A stretch of DNA of 64,000 nt, taken from assembly GCA_002269645.1 (NCBI GenBank), contig NIVC01001456.1, positions 186,001-250,000 on the forward strand, written 5' to 3'. A model generated the notes under the pieces. It was not told the origin of the DNA. It searched no databases and was given only the letters and a program-made list of their open reading frames with translations. This document shows positions 1 through 12,100 of this stretch, piece by piece (positions within the stretch are counted from its first letter, which is position 1; every line of letters starts with the position of its first letter). The position numbers were made by a program, and so were the translations under genes. Source of the stretch: Macrostomum lignano (lineage: Eukaryota).

Positions 1-2487
1 TCTCTCCCTGTCTCTCTCCCTGTCTCCCTATCTCTTTCCCTGTCTCCCTGTCTCTTTCCCTGTCTCCCTGTCTCTCTCCCTGTCTCTCTCCCTGTCTTCC
101 TGTCTCTCTCTTTGTCTCTCTCTCCCTGTCTCCCTGCCTCTCTCCCTGTCTCCCTGTATCTCTCCCTCTCTCTGTCTCTCTCCCTGTCTCCCTGTCTCTC
201 TCCCTGTCTCCCTCTCTCTCTCTCTGTCTCTCTCCCTGTCTCCCTGTCTCTTTCCCTGTCTCCCTGTCTCCCTGTCTCTCTCTCCCTGTCTTCCTGTCTC
301 TCTCTTTGTCTCTCTCTCCCTGTCTCCCTGCCTCTCTCCCTGTCTCCCTGTATCTCTCCCTCTCTCTGTCTCTCTCCCTGTCTCCCTGTCTCTCTTCCTG
401 TCACCCTGTATCTCTCCCTGTCTCTCTCCCTGTCTCCCTGTCTCTCTTCCAGTCTCCCTGTCTCTCTCTCCCTGTCTCCCTGTCTCTCTCCCTGTCTCCC
501 TGTCTCTCTCTCTGTCTCTCTCCCTGTCTCCCTGTCTCTTTCCCTGTCTCCCTGTCTCCCTGTCTCTCTCTCCCTGTCTTCCTGTCTCCCTGTCTCTCTC
601 CTTGTCTCCCTGTCTCTTTCCCTGTCTCCCTGTCTCCCTGTCTCTCTCCCTGTCTCCCTGTCTCTTTTCCTGTCTCCCTGTCTCTCTCTCTGTCACTCTC
701 CCTGTCTCCCTGTCTCTCTCTCTGTCTCTCTCCCTGTCTCCCTGTCTCTTTCCCTGTCTCCCTGTCTCCCTGTCTCTCTCTCCCTGTCTCCCTGTCTCCC
801 TGTCTCTCTCCTTGTCTCCCTGTCTCTTTCCCTGTCTCCCTGTCTCCCTGTCTCTCTCCCTGTCTCCCTGTCTCTTTCCCTGTCTCCCTGTCTCTTTCCC
901 TGTCTCCCTGTCTCTCTCCCTGTCTCTCTGTCTCTCTCCCTGTCTCCCTGTCTCTCTCTTTGTCTCTCTCTCCCTGTCTCCCTGCCTCTCTCCCTCTCTC
1001 CCTGTATCTCTCCCTCTCTCTGTCTCTCTCCCTGTCTCCCTATCTCTTTCCCTGTCTCCCTGTCTCTCTCCCTGTCTCTCTCTCCCTGTCTCTCTCCCTG
1101 TCTCCCTGTCTCCCTGCCTCTCTCCCTCTCTCCCTGTATCTCTCCCTCTCTCTGTCTCTCTCCCTGTCTCCCTGTCTCTCTCTCCCTGTCTCCCTGTCTC
1201 TTTCCCTGTCTCCCTGTCTCTCTCTCCCTGTCTCTCTCTCCCTGTCTCTCTCCCTGTCTCCCTATCTCTTTCCCTGTCTCCCTGTCTCTTTCCCTGTCTC
1301 CCTGTCTCTCTCCCTGTCTCTCTGTCTCTCTCCCTGTCTCTCTCCCTGTCTTCCTGTCTCTCTCTTTGTCTCTCTCTCCCTGTCTCCCTGCTTCTCTCCC
1401 TGTCTCCCTGTATCTCTCCCTCTCTCTGTCTCTTTCCCTGTCTCCCTGTCTCCCTGTCTCTCTCCCTGTCTCCCTGTCTCTCTTCCAGTCTCCCTGTCTC
1501 TCTCTCCCTGTCTCCCTGTCTCTCTCCCTGTCTCTCTCTCTGTCTCTCTCCCTGTCTCCCTGTCTCCCTGTCTCTTTCCCTGTCTCCCTGTCTCCCTGTC
1601 TCTCTCTCCCTGTCTCCCTGTCTCCCTGTCTCTCTCCTTGTCTCTCTGTCTCTTTCCCTGTCTCCCTGTCTCCCTGTCTCTCTCCCTGTCTCCCTGTCTC
1701 TTTCCCTGTCTCCCTGTCTCTCTCTCTGTCTCTCTCCCTGTCTCCCTGTCTCCCTGTCTCTCTCTCCCTGTCTCCCTGTCTCCCTGTCTCTCTCCTTGTC
1801 TCCCTGTCTCTTTCCCTGTCTCCCTGTCTCCCTGTCTCTCTCTCCCTGTCTCCCTGTCTCCCTGTCTCTCTCCTTGTCTCTCTGTCTCTTTCCCTGTCTC
1901 CCTGTCTCCCTGTCTCTCTCTCCCTGTCTCCCTGTCTCCCTGTCTCTCTCCTTGTCTCCCTGTCTCTTTCCCTGTCTCCCTGTCTCTTTCCCTGTCTCCC
2001 TGTCTCTCTCTCCCTGTCTCTCTCTCCCTGTCTCTCTCCATGTCTCCCTATCTCTTTCCCTGTCTCCCTGTCTCTTTCCCTGTCTCCCTGTCTCTCTCCC
2101 TGTCTTCCTGTCTCTCTCCCTGTCTCCCTGTCTCTTTCCCTGTCTCCCTGTCTCTCTCTTTGTCTCTCTCTCCCTGTCTCCCTGCCTCTCTCCCTGTCTC
2201 CCTGTATCTCTCCCTCTCTCTGTCTCTCTCCCTGTCTCCCTGTCTCTCTCCCTGTCTCTCTGTATCTCTCCCTGTCTCTCTCCCTGTCTCCCTGTCTCCC
2301 TGTCTCTCTCCCTGTCTCCCTGTCTCTTTCCCTGTCTCCCTGTCTCCCTGTCTCTCTCCCTGTCTCCCTGTCTCCCTGTCTCTCTCTTTGTCTCCCTGTC
2401 TCTTTCCCTGTCTCCCTGTCTCCCTGTCTCTCTCCCTGTCTCCCTGTCTCTCTCCTTGTCTCCCTGTCTCTCTTCCTCTCTCTGTCT
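1..2487. repeat. Pyrimidine-rich compound microsatellite built from TCTCCCTG / TCTC units; runs off the left edge
   Basis: Continuous tctctccctg/tctccctg/tctctttccctg units; the six long ORFs here are low-complexity translations of the repeat. Confidence 0.97.
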
Positions 2488-3332
2488 AGCTTTGCCATTC
2501 TCTCTCCGCCTCCCCCTCTGGCCATCACTCCTCCCCAACTTAGTTCACTGCTTCATCTGTCAAAATGCAGTTTTCTGACCGCTTGGTATTCTCAACGGCC
2601 GCCTTCTGCTCCTTGAGATCCCTCTGCCATGCGTTTGAACTTTGGATTGAAATAAGAGCCCCTTCATCAATCGCTACCCGCCCTTTCTTAGATATCCCCC
2701 ACACCTTGTTCTTTATCAAGTTCCCTTTCCTCTCTCTGTGCGATTTTTCCGCCAATATTTTCCGCTCCTTGTGATGAAGTCAGCCAGGCTTTCAGTTGAA
2801 CAAGCATTGAAATTTTTTAAGCGAAGACGCCCCCTGTTCTCAAGCCCGGCACTCAGTTCCGCTCTCTGCCTCATCCATCATCTCCATCAATATGAGCTCC
2901 CAATCACCTCTCCCAGGCCGGGGCCAAACAGCAACCTGCCGTAGAAACTGCTGGATTTTTTCTTTCCAGTCCCAGAATAACACGGGACGCCCGGCTTTGG
3001 CTTATGGACACAGGTGGCCAGTTCACAGGTCCCGGGAATGGCAGAGTGCTTGCGGGTTGCCCTGAGCTGCTCCGCTGGGTGTTTTAGGAAGTTCTCAGCC
3101 TCAGATGAGCAGCCATATGCAATTTTTCAATGCATTTCCTATTGCTGCTCAAAATTCAATTATGCAGTGGCTGGCAGAGCCGTGGCAAAAAATGTGCTCA
3201 CCACTTCATCAACTGCGAATGTGCTAAATTGATTACAGTAGGAAGCTTTCGAAGTGCAGGCATGGCTGCAATTAATTTTTTAAAATTCATTCATAAAACA
3301 ATACTGAAATATTGAAACGCCTTGCTGTACGG

Positions 3333-3798
<466 letters not shown>

Positions 3799-3834
3799 CT
3801 TAAACAGAGCTGCAGTCCAGTCCCAACCAATCAC

Positions 3835-5190
3835 ATGCTCGATTTGCCAGACCGGGTCGCCATGTCCACCACGGCCTCCGCCCCGGTGTCGCTGATGACG
3901 CGCTACCCGCACCTGATGCAGCTGTACGGCAGGTTCATCCCGAACTTCCTCCTATTCGACCGGGTGGTGACCCCGCTGTGGTACATCCTCGGCTTGTTCG
4001 GCAACAGCCTCAGCGCGTACGTCTGGCTGAACCCGGAAGTTCGACGCAACAACTCCTCGGCGGTGTACCTGGCTGCCCTGTCGATCTGGGATCTGGTGTT
4101 CCTGGTGCTGCACACGTTTCAAGAGCTGCGCGAAGCGTGGAACATCGCCATGGAGAATGTGATCATGTGCATGGTGCTACCTGTAGTGCTGCTCACCGCC
4201 CAGTACCTGTCGCCGATCCTCGTGCTGGGCTTCACCGTGGAGCGCTGGATCTCGATTTGCTTTCCATTCAAGCGCGAGTCGCTGTGCAGCACCCGCCGCG
4301 CCTACACCGTCATCGGATTCATGACCGCCGGCGTGATCGTGTGGAACTTGGCCCAGCTCAACTTCAAGGAGTTCGAGCATGGCGCATGCGTGGTGCGCAG
4401 CGAAGGCTGGCTCTGGCTGGTGTACACCCTCACTACCGAGATTGTCATCAGCGGCCTCGTGCCCGTGACCGCTCTGGTCTTCAACCTGCTGGTGATTCAC
4501 GAGATGTACAAGATCGCAGTGAACCGGGGCAGCAACCGGCAGAACCAGTGCGAAGGCGGCCTCGGAGGCGGCAGCGGAGAGGACAGCGGCGGCGGCGAGG
4601 GCCGGTTCATGTCCAGCACGATCATGCTGCTCAGCGTGTCCTTCTTTGTCATCCTGACCTCTCTACCGGCCGGCCTGGTCTACGGCCTGCAGACCTTCGC
4701 CGGCTACGGCAGCCAGAACCTCACGGACGCTGAGGTGCTGCTGGACCCCGCCTGGAGGCGCCACTTCGCCATGGCGCGGGTGAAGAAAGTGATTGACGAG
4801 ATTTCCATCTCGCATTACTCGCTGAACTTTCTGATCTACCTGGCCACAGGGGCGCAGTACAGGCGGCAGGTAGCGCTGCTGTTCGCCAGGACCCGGGGTT
4901 CCGTCGTCGGCGGCTGCAGTGGCTGCGGCAGCGCCGCCGCCTCCTCCGCCGCGGCTGGGGCCGGATCCGCCAGCGGCGACGCGATGCTGAGAAACGACAA
5001 TGGGAAACGGCGGCGTACTGAGGATTTCTACCTGAGCAACAGCCGAACCAACAGGGCCACTCGGCGAGGCGGCGGCAGCAGCGGCAATGACGGAGGCGGG
5101 ACCTGCGCAGCAAATCGAGCGGTTGGAATGTCGGAGGGCGAGGAAAACGGGAAAGCCGTGGAAAAACCGCTTCTGGCTACTTATATTTAA
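3835..5190 (+). CDS. Intronless class A (rhodopsin-like) GPCR, FMRFamide/myosuppressin/sex-peptide-receptor-like peptide receptor group
   Basis: 451-aa ORF with seven hydrophobic segments: TM1 GLFGN, TM2 [11 protein letters not shown]3 [12 protein letters not shown] (DRY variant), TM5 GLVP, TM6 LTSLP, TM7 SLNFLIY (NPxxY variant). Cys in TM3 (MCMV) and ECL2 (GACV). Gly/Ala-rich ICL3 and C-tail. The start could be Met1 or a later Met. Confidence 0.92.
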   Translation: MLDLPDRVAMSTTASAPVSLMTRYPHLMQLYGRFIPNFLLFDRVVTPLWYILGLFGNSLSAYVWLNPEVRRNNSSAVYLAALSIWDLVFLVLHTFQELREAWNIAMENVIMCMVLPVVLLTAQYLSPILVLGFTVERWISICFPFKRESLCSTRRAYTVIGFMTAGVIVWNLAQLNFKEFEHGACVVRSEGWLWLVYTLTTEIVISGLVPVTALVFNLLVIHEMYKIAVNRGSNRQNQCEGGLGGGSGEDSGGGEGRFMSSTIMLLSVSFFVILTSLPAGLVYGLQTFAGYGSQNLTDAEVLLDPAWRRHFAMARVKKVIDEISISHYSLNFLIYLATGAQYRRQVALLFARTRGSVVGGCSGCGSAAASSAAAGAGSASGDAMLRNDNGKRRRTEDFYLSNSRTNRATRRGGGSSGNDGGGTCAANRAVGMSEGEENGKAVEKPLLATYI

Positions 5191-5316
5191 ATTGAACAGA
5201 AAAACAGTTCGCAAATATTGAAACCTCGATCAATGCGTGGATTTTTGAGTTCTTGTATTTTCATTGCTATTTTATTTAATTTTCAATTTGAATAATACTT
5301 CGTAGGTGGGTCACTG

Positions 5317-5997
5317 CTACCCTTCAGGTCCTCAGATGTGGATCGATCGGCGCTACCCTTCAGGTCCCTCAGATAAGGATCGACGCTACCCTTCAGGTCC
5401 CTCAGATGTAGACCGACGCTACCCTTCAGGTCCCTCAGATATGGATCGGCGCTACCCTTCAGGTCCCTCAGATAAGGATCGGCGCTACCCTTCAGGTCCC
5501 TCAGATATGGATCGGCGCTACCCTTCAGGTCCCTCAGATATGGATCGGCGCTACCCTTCAGGTCCCTCAGATGTAGACCGCCGCTACCCTTCAGGTCTCT
5601 CAGATAAGGATCGACGCTACCCTTCAGGTCCCTCAGATATGGATCGGCGCTACCCTTCAGGTCCCTCAGATATGAATGGACGCTACCCTTCAGGTCCCTC
5701 AGATAAGGATCGACGCTACCCTTCAGGTCCCTCAGATATGGATCGGCGCTACCCTTCAGGTCCCTCAGATATGAATGGACGCTACCCTTCAGGTCCCTCA
5801 GATATGAATCGACGCTACCCTTCAGGTCCCTCAGATATGAATGGACGCTACCCTTCAGGTCCCTCAGATAAGAATCGACGCTACCCTTCAGGTCCCTCAG
5901 ATATGAATGGACGCTACCCTTCAGGTCCCTCAGATATGAATGGACGCTACCCTTCAGGTCCCTCAGATAAGAATCGACGCTACCCTTCTGGTCCGTC
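5317..5997. repeat. 33-bp minisatellite, 21 units (cgctacccttcaggtccctcagatatggatcgg), open in one frame as RYPSGPSDMDR
   Basis: Unit read directly; 21 YPSG motifs in ORF 5306-6007. Confidence 0.95.
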
Positions 5998-6559
5998 AGT
6001 GGTTTAACGGAACCGGAGCATTAATTAATCTGAGGTTTTTATGACTTTCAGGTTATTTCTGTTTCTGGCTGCTTAGTACTCGTAGTTTTGAGGCTGCAAA
6101 TAAAAAGTTCTAAAGGCAAGAAGTGTTTTATTTTTCAAAGCATTAATCCAATGAAATCTAGAAAATACATGTATTACCCCAGCGCATGATATTTCGCATA
6201 AACTGTTCACAGCACACAACTGCATATCGATATGAATACATGGCCATATATCCATTCAATTATGTAAATCCAATCCACTTTAACCTAATTATTGTGAAAT
6301 ACTAAAACTCCTCCAAGCATCGTGTAAAGTGCATGCACTCTCCAGTTCTTAAAGTGCATAGAAAATACGTGTTTCAATGTGTTATACTATTTTAAACTAA
6401 ATGTCCAGTCCTATAAAGTAAATATTGTTGTGCAATCTTCCATGAAAAAAGTAAATATAATTAAATACATTTTAACTAAGTGAATATATATACCTGGTAT
6501 ATACATCAGTTCTGTGAAATCAGAAACTGTCACTTCAGTTAAATTTGGGGCGAGGGTGT

Positions 6560-6647
6560 CAGGGGACAGGTGACAGGGGAACAAGGGACAGGGGAAGGGG
6601 ACAGGGGACAGGGGACAGGGACAGGGGAAAGGGACAGGGACAGGGAG

Positions 6648-6688
<41 letters not shown>

Positions 6689-6689
6689 G

Positions 6690-6760
<71 letters not shown>

Positions 6761-6938
6761 GACAGGGGACAGGGGACAGGGACAGGGACAAGGGACGTGG
6801 TACAGGGACAGGGATAGGGACAGAGGACAGGGACAGGGACAGGGGACAGGGACAGGGACAGAGGACAGGGACAGGGACAGGGGACAGGGACAGGGACAGG
6901 GGACAGGGACAGGGAGAGGGGACAGGGACAGGGGACAG

Positions 6939-6971
<33 letters not shown>

Positions 6972-7000
6972 GACAGGGGACAGGGGACAGGGGACAGGGG
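6560..7000. repeat. (GGGACA/GGGGACA)n purine-rich microsatellite
   Basis: Direct reading. Confidence 0.96.
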
Positions 7001-7841
7001 AACCGAATGACTCACCAACAAGATGTCCCAAATGTAGCTGCAGAGACGCGCACAGAAGAAGGATAGATACACAGATATTAGTTTGCAAATGCAAATTTCT
7101 CACAGTACGAGACATGCAGCTATAATGTAACAATATGCATTCCACGCAGCCCTGTCACTTTCATCTCAAGCGCACAACGCAATGAGAGAGAATATAAGAA
7201 ATCCCACCCACGCACCCCCTCTATCACAAAATTATTCCCGGAAACCCCCACAGCTTCAGTGTTGCGGAACGATTGCGCGCTCGATTTGTCACTTTAGCTT
7301 CCTAATTTAGCTTCCTTATCTAATAACAGTATATGGTCTTGATCCATCTAATTACGGCTAATGTGTATGGTGCATGCTTTAATAGGAAATGTTTATCTTT
7401 TCTTAGTGTAGCTATCCTTTTAGGGGAAAGATCAACTCGTTAAACAACCTAGAACAAAGAGCCTATAACTATTTCGATTGAATAATTGCAAGCAAGCAAA
7501 TGGGAGATTATGTTCAAAGGAGTTCGAGTTCCATTTGTGTCGCCAGAAAACTGGCTGTTGCGGCACTCTCCAGACTCCAGCATCCTGTTTGACATCTCTC
7601 AGTCTCAGTCAGTGAATCGTTGCAAGCTGGAGAGTATTTCGAAAAGTGCTAGCATTTGTTTTGATTTAACACTGACTGATTCTATGTATCAAGAAAATAT
7701 ATTGAACACCTGACGAACCTCGTAAAGGTAAAGGCCAATGGAAAAAGGCCTGGCTGTAGATCGAACTATAGATAGATTCCCGGGAAATTTCTGTTCAATC
7801 CGAAACGTATAAGTAGTCAACAGTGCTCCCCTTAAACCTAA

Positions 7842-7913
7842 GCGATTGTGGTGTAACGGTTAGCATGGATGCCTTCCAAGCATTCGACCCGGGTTCGACT
7901 CCCGGCAATCGCA
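7842..7913 (+). tRNA. tRNA-Gly, anticodon TCC
   Basis: 72 nt. Acceptor stem GCGATTG/CAATCGC plus discriminator A; D arm; anticodon stem GATGC/GCATT with loop CTTCCAA; T arm CCGGG-TTCGACT-CCCGG. No encoded CCA, as expected for a eukaryote. Confidence 0.96.
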
Positions 7914-7915
7914 AC

Positions 7916-7920
7916 TTTTT
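7916..7920 (+). terminator. RNA polymerase III terminator (T5) of tRNA-Gly
   Basis: TTTTT begins 3 nt after the discriminator base. Confidence 0.8.
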
Positions 7921-9115
7921 ACACTTCTATGAAACTCTGTGAAACTGAACTAAAAAAAATATTTTTTATAATTGCTTAAATTATGCAGCATATTGTTATA
8001 GAAATTATATTTAAGCCTTGATACACCAGATTCAACTTAATTCTATTTTGGATATGCAAATTTCATCATATAGTTAGAAGTTATTTACACAACATATCGG
8101 CAAATTTGTTCTAGTATCAGAGAAAATTTAAATTAATATTTAATATTACACTATTACAACTGTATATTTCTGGTCATGCTAATTTATAAATTCTCAATTT
8201 GCTCAAATAATTAGATAATTATGTTTACAATGTAATAAGCTGCATGTTATAAATAAGTATAAAAATTGTGATTGATAAAAAGCTACAATAATTGAGATAT
8301 GAGAAAATATAAATATCGCAAAGTATAAAAATAAGTATCTGATTAAAAGGGCTTGTTAAAGCTGCGCTGATGAATGCAAAAAATTAAGATAGTAGTAAAA
8401 AATTCTTCCTGATGAAATAATTGGTCGGGTGAATTTTCCAATTATCTGTGCACATCAGTGATAACGCACGCTCCACTTGCGCTACTAACAGTAGGCAGTT
8501 AGGTAAGCGAAAAAATACTTCGGTGAGAAATAGCTCAGATCATGCGAAAAGCTGGGAAAAATCCAACCCCACCAAAAAAGCATGGATAATTAAATTAGAG
8601 GGACGATATAATAAAAAAGTTAAGTTATTTTCACCGTAGGCCAGTTTTCGCTGCAAAAAACTCATAAAGTAATTTTTCTGTTTTATGGCTACGATCTAAA
8701 TTAACAAATGTCTCACTTTTACCTCCTCCGAATTTCAAATCGAGAAATTAATGAGTTATTTTGCCCAAGATTAATTTTCCATTTCGATAATCTTAAAAAA
8801 GCTTCTATATTTTATTAAAGACCAAATTTACCAAAAACACAGGCTTTTTCATACTTTGAAGTATGGTTTTACCATAGACAGGACTTAGTCGACAGAGAGT
8901 GGTACATGCCTGACGATTAGGAAGTCAAAGGGTCAAGCTGTGCACCCTGTGTGAGCCTGTGTATGAGTGCGTGCCGCGTATGTGCTCAAGAGCCAGCGTG
9001 CTGTGGGATCGGGACCATGTCGCCGAAGGCGTTGCGCCAGGGTGAGCGCAGCCTTGAGAATATGAATTTTGCATATGCATATGAAAACTGGGCCTTTGGT
9101 GCAAATTAGCGCTCG

Positions 9116-12100
9116 TTAGTTGACGCGCCGCGCTGTCGCGGTCTGAACTCGGCGCCTGTTGAACTCGTGCGCGTGCAGCAGCTCCGAGTCGTAGTAGGCG
9201 GCCTTCAATTCGCGTATCTTCGATTCGATTTTCTCCTCCCATTCGGCCTCGCTGGCTACGTATTGCTGCTCAGGATCGGCCAGGTCGCGTTTGAAAGCGT
9301 CGCGGATTAGCAGGACGGCCGGGGTGGCGGCTACGGCGGATGCGGTGGCGGCTTCGCTTTGATCTGCCGGCCCGCCACCGCCGACGCTGATGAGGCCGCC
9401 ATCCTTGGCCCGCTTATTGCGCCAGGCCTGCCAGATTCCGATCCGGCCGTCCCAGCTAGCCGTCACGTACTGTGGTCGGTTTTTTATGCATTGATTTATG
9501 TCTACTTTCGATACATATCGGTAATCTGTAACTAGTATTATTGGCGGCTTGTGAAATGCAGCTGTTCAGCATTTTAGCAGCTATCGTTCAGGAATTTACT
9601 TCTCATTTAACTCTTGACGCTCCATGTATTCCGTTCATGGACTGCTAATTTCGGTTGGAGCTCGAACCCTTGACCTTTGGCACACGTGTGCGACGCGATG
9701 TACCGCTCTGCTACGAGCTATACGAAGCAGTTGACTTTAAATGGCTGATTTCTGATTATCAGCAATACAGTAAAATGAATTCTATATCTATGGTGCAAAA
9801 AATTATAAATACAATTTGTGTGTAAACGAAGTACCATGATTGGTAGAAAAGGTGTTTAAAAATCAACAAAAACTTTGTCTAGATCGAGAAAAAATGCCTA
9901 CCCTGATCGAGTAAACTATTGTGTTCGAAAATTCAAAAGGATTTGAGAGAATCAAGTCCAACACTACTTGGCTACCTTTGCATTAATTAATTTATTGAAA
10001 AAAACAACTGAACTAGAGTGGACATGGCTACGTACATCTATTAAAATTATGACTGCATTTACCACATCGTAAATATCTTGCAGCGCTGTTTGCAAGCCAA
10101 TCTATATAGAATGATTCCGGAGATAAACCATGATAGTCAGTCATGTAAATGTCTATATACAGAGCCAAAACTGCCGAAATCGAAGGGTTCAACGTAGCTA
10201 AGTGGATCATAGGGTTTCATTAGCGTTTGGAAGGTACATGGGTTCGAATCCAACATGGTGAAAATCCCCATTAGGGCCATTAGGAATTAGGAATAGTGGC
10301 AACCCCAGGAATGATGGCAACCCCCACCAGAAATGGTGGCAATCCCATCGATCTGGAATGATGGCAACCCATTTCTGGAATGATGGCAACCCCCATCTAG
10401 AATTGTGGCAACCTCCATCTGGAATGGTGGAAAAATAAAAATTATTGAACATTCAGAGGGCTACCTGTAAGTGCCATATTAAAATTAGATTTCCCAACAA
10501 CTTTAAATTTGAAAATTGGAACGGAACTCACATGCCGATTGTCGGGAATGTGGATGATCGATCGGATTGAATCGAAATGGCCGTCGTTCTGCTGTACCAG
10601 GTCGAAATTATCAGGCTCGAAAACCCTGGCGAAACGGGTAATGCTTGTTGAAAAACTTTTGATTTAAAAAGACAAGGGAAAACATTTCTCTATCATAACA
10701 GAGTAAAGTCTAAACTTCTCTCATACTCAATTAAAGTGCAGTCTAAGACTTTTAAATTATAAACACCAAAGTCTAAGTCATTCAATAGGACAATGTGCGC
10801 ACGCACCCCAAACCGTTGTAGGAGACTTACTTCAGCGAATTTTCCACCGCCACGACAAGCGCATTGCTGACGCTGTCAATGCAGACACACTGCACCGGAC
10901 CCCCAGCGTTTAAGGACAAAATGCAGTCATTCACGCCGCCGGAATCCTTAAAAAATGAATTTTTATTCATTTGACTGCACCGAAAAAAATGAATTGATTT
11001 GCATTCTAGCCTACTTTCAGTATCAAAAACTGCATGTTTGCTACTTATTTAATAATCTCTGAAAATAGTCGAAAGTCTAAGTGCTGAAAAATGAAACAAT
11101 AACAAGAAATAATAAAAACAAAAGCAGTGACTACGAGCTCATATTTAAGGCTTAAGAAAGCTTAAATGAGAGTGCTCATCAACAAATGTAGCATGAAGCA
11201 TGAAGCACCTAGGAACTACATATAAGTGTTCTGTTTAAATACGTTTACGACGTGCGATGATAAAACAACGCTTGCCTCCAATGTCGACTCGTCGGAAAGT
11301 CTCTGTTTTTTTATAAATTGAGCCAGTTATTGATTTAATATTTATTATTTACTACTGACAAAAGTAGCTGAAAAATCCTCACCCAGAGCTTGATCGACCG
11401 ATCCTCCGACGCGGTCACCCAGCAGTTCTTCTTGGCCCACCATTTAACACAGTTGACATCCGCTGTGTGACCCTGCAGAGTTCCGAGGAGCACCAACTGG
11501 GAGCCGACCGGGCTGAAGCGACGGATGTACACCAGATTGTCGGCACTGCTCAGCGCCAACTCGTTTCTAGAAAAAAAATCCGGGAAATTAGATTAAATTC
11601 TGGCAAAGTGTACATGCAAACTTGTCCACCTCACTCCGAGAACCATAAGCTACAGTGATGGCTCTGTACGCAAGAGACGACCCCCATCCATAGGCTGGCA
11701 ATGTACACACGCGACATCCACCTCACTCCGAGAACCATAGACTACTACAGCGATGGCTCTGTACGCAAGAGACGACCCCCATCCATAGGCTATCAATGTA
11801 CGCAAGCGACACCCACCTCACTGCGAGAACTATGAAACTACTAAAAACAGTCAGCTAACCTTTCCGAAGAGTAGCACATGTCCAAGATGGCATCGTCCGC
11901 CGCCAACTCTCGCTCCTCCCACAACTTCGAATCCACGTTTCGAAACACGTCTACCAGGCTTAAAAAGTGTTTAAAGTATAGATAATTTTATAAATATTCG
12001 AATGCTAAAAAGTACTGGAATATCAGCATCATATACTTACTCTCCAGTCTCCAGATTCCAAATGCAGATCCTCTGATCCCAGCCGGATGTGACCAGATAT

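Noticed and set aside
28-2616. Six ORFs of 259-836 aa (RE/RG-rich and SLSPCL-rich)
   Set aside because: Translations of a TC-rich microsatellite; no unique sequence or domain.
2488-3330. Unique sequence with short ORFs on both strands between two microsatellites
   Set aside because: No recognisable domain or consistent exon chain; may be a decayed transposon or the GPCR upstream region.
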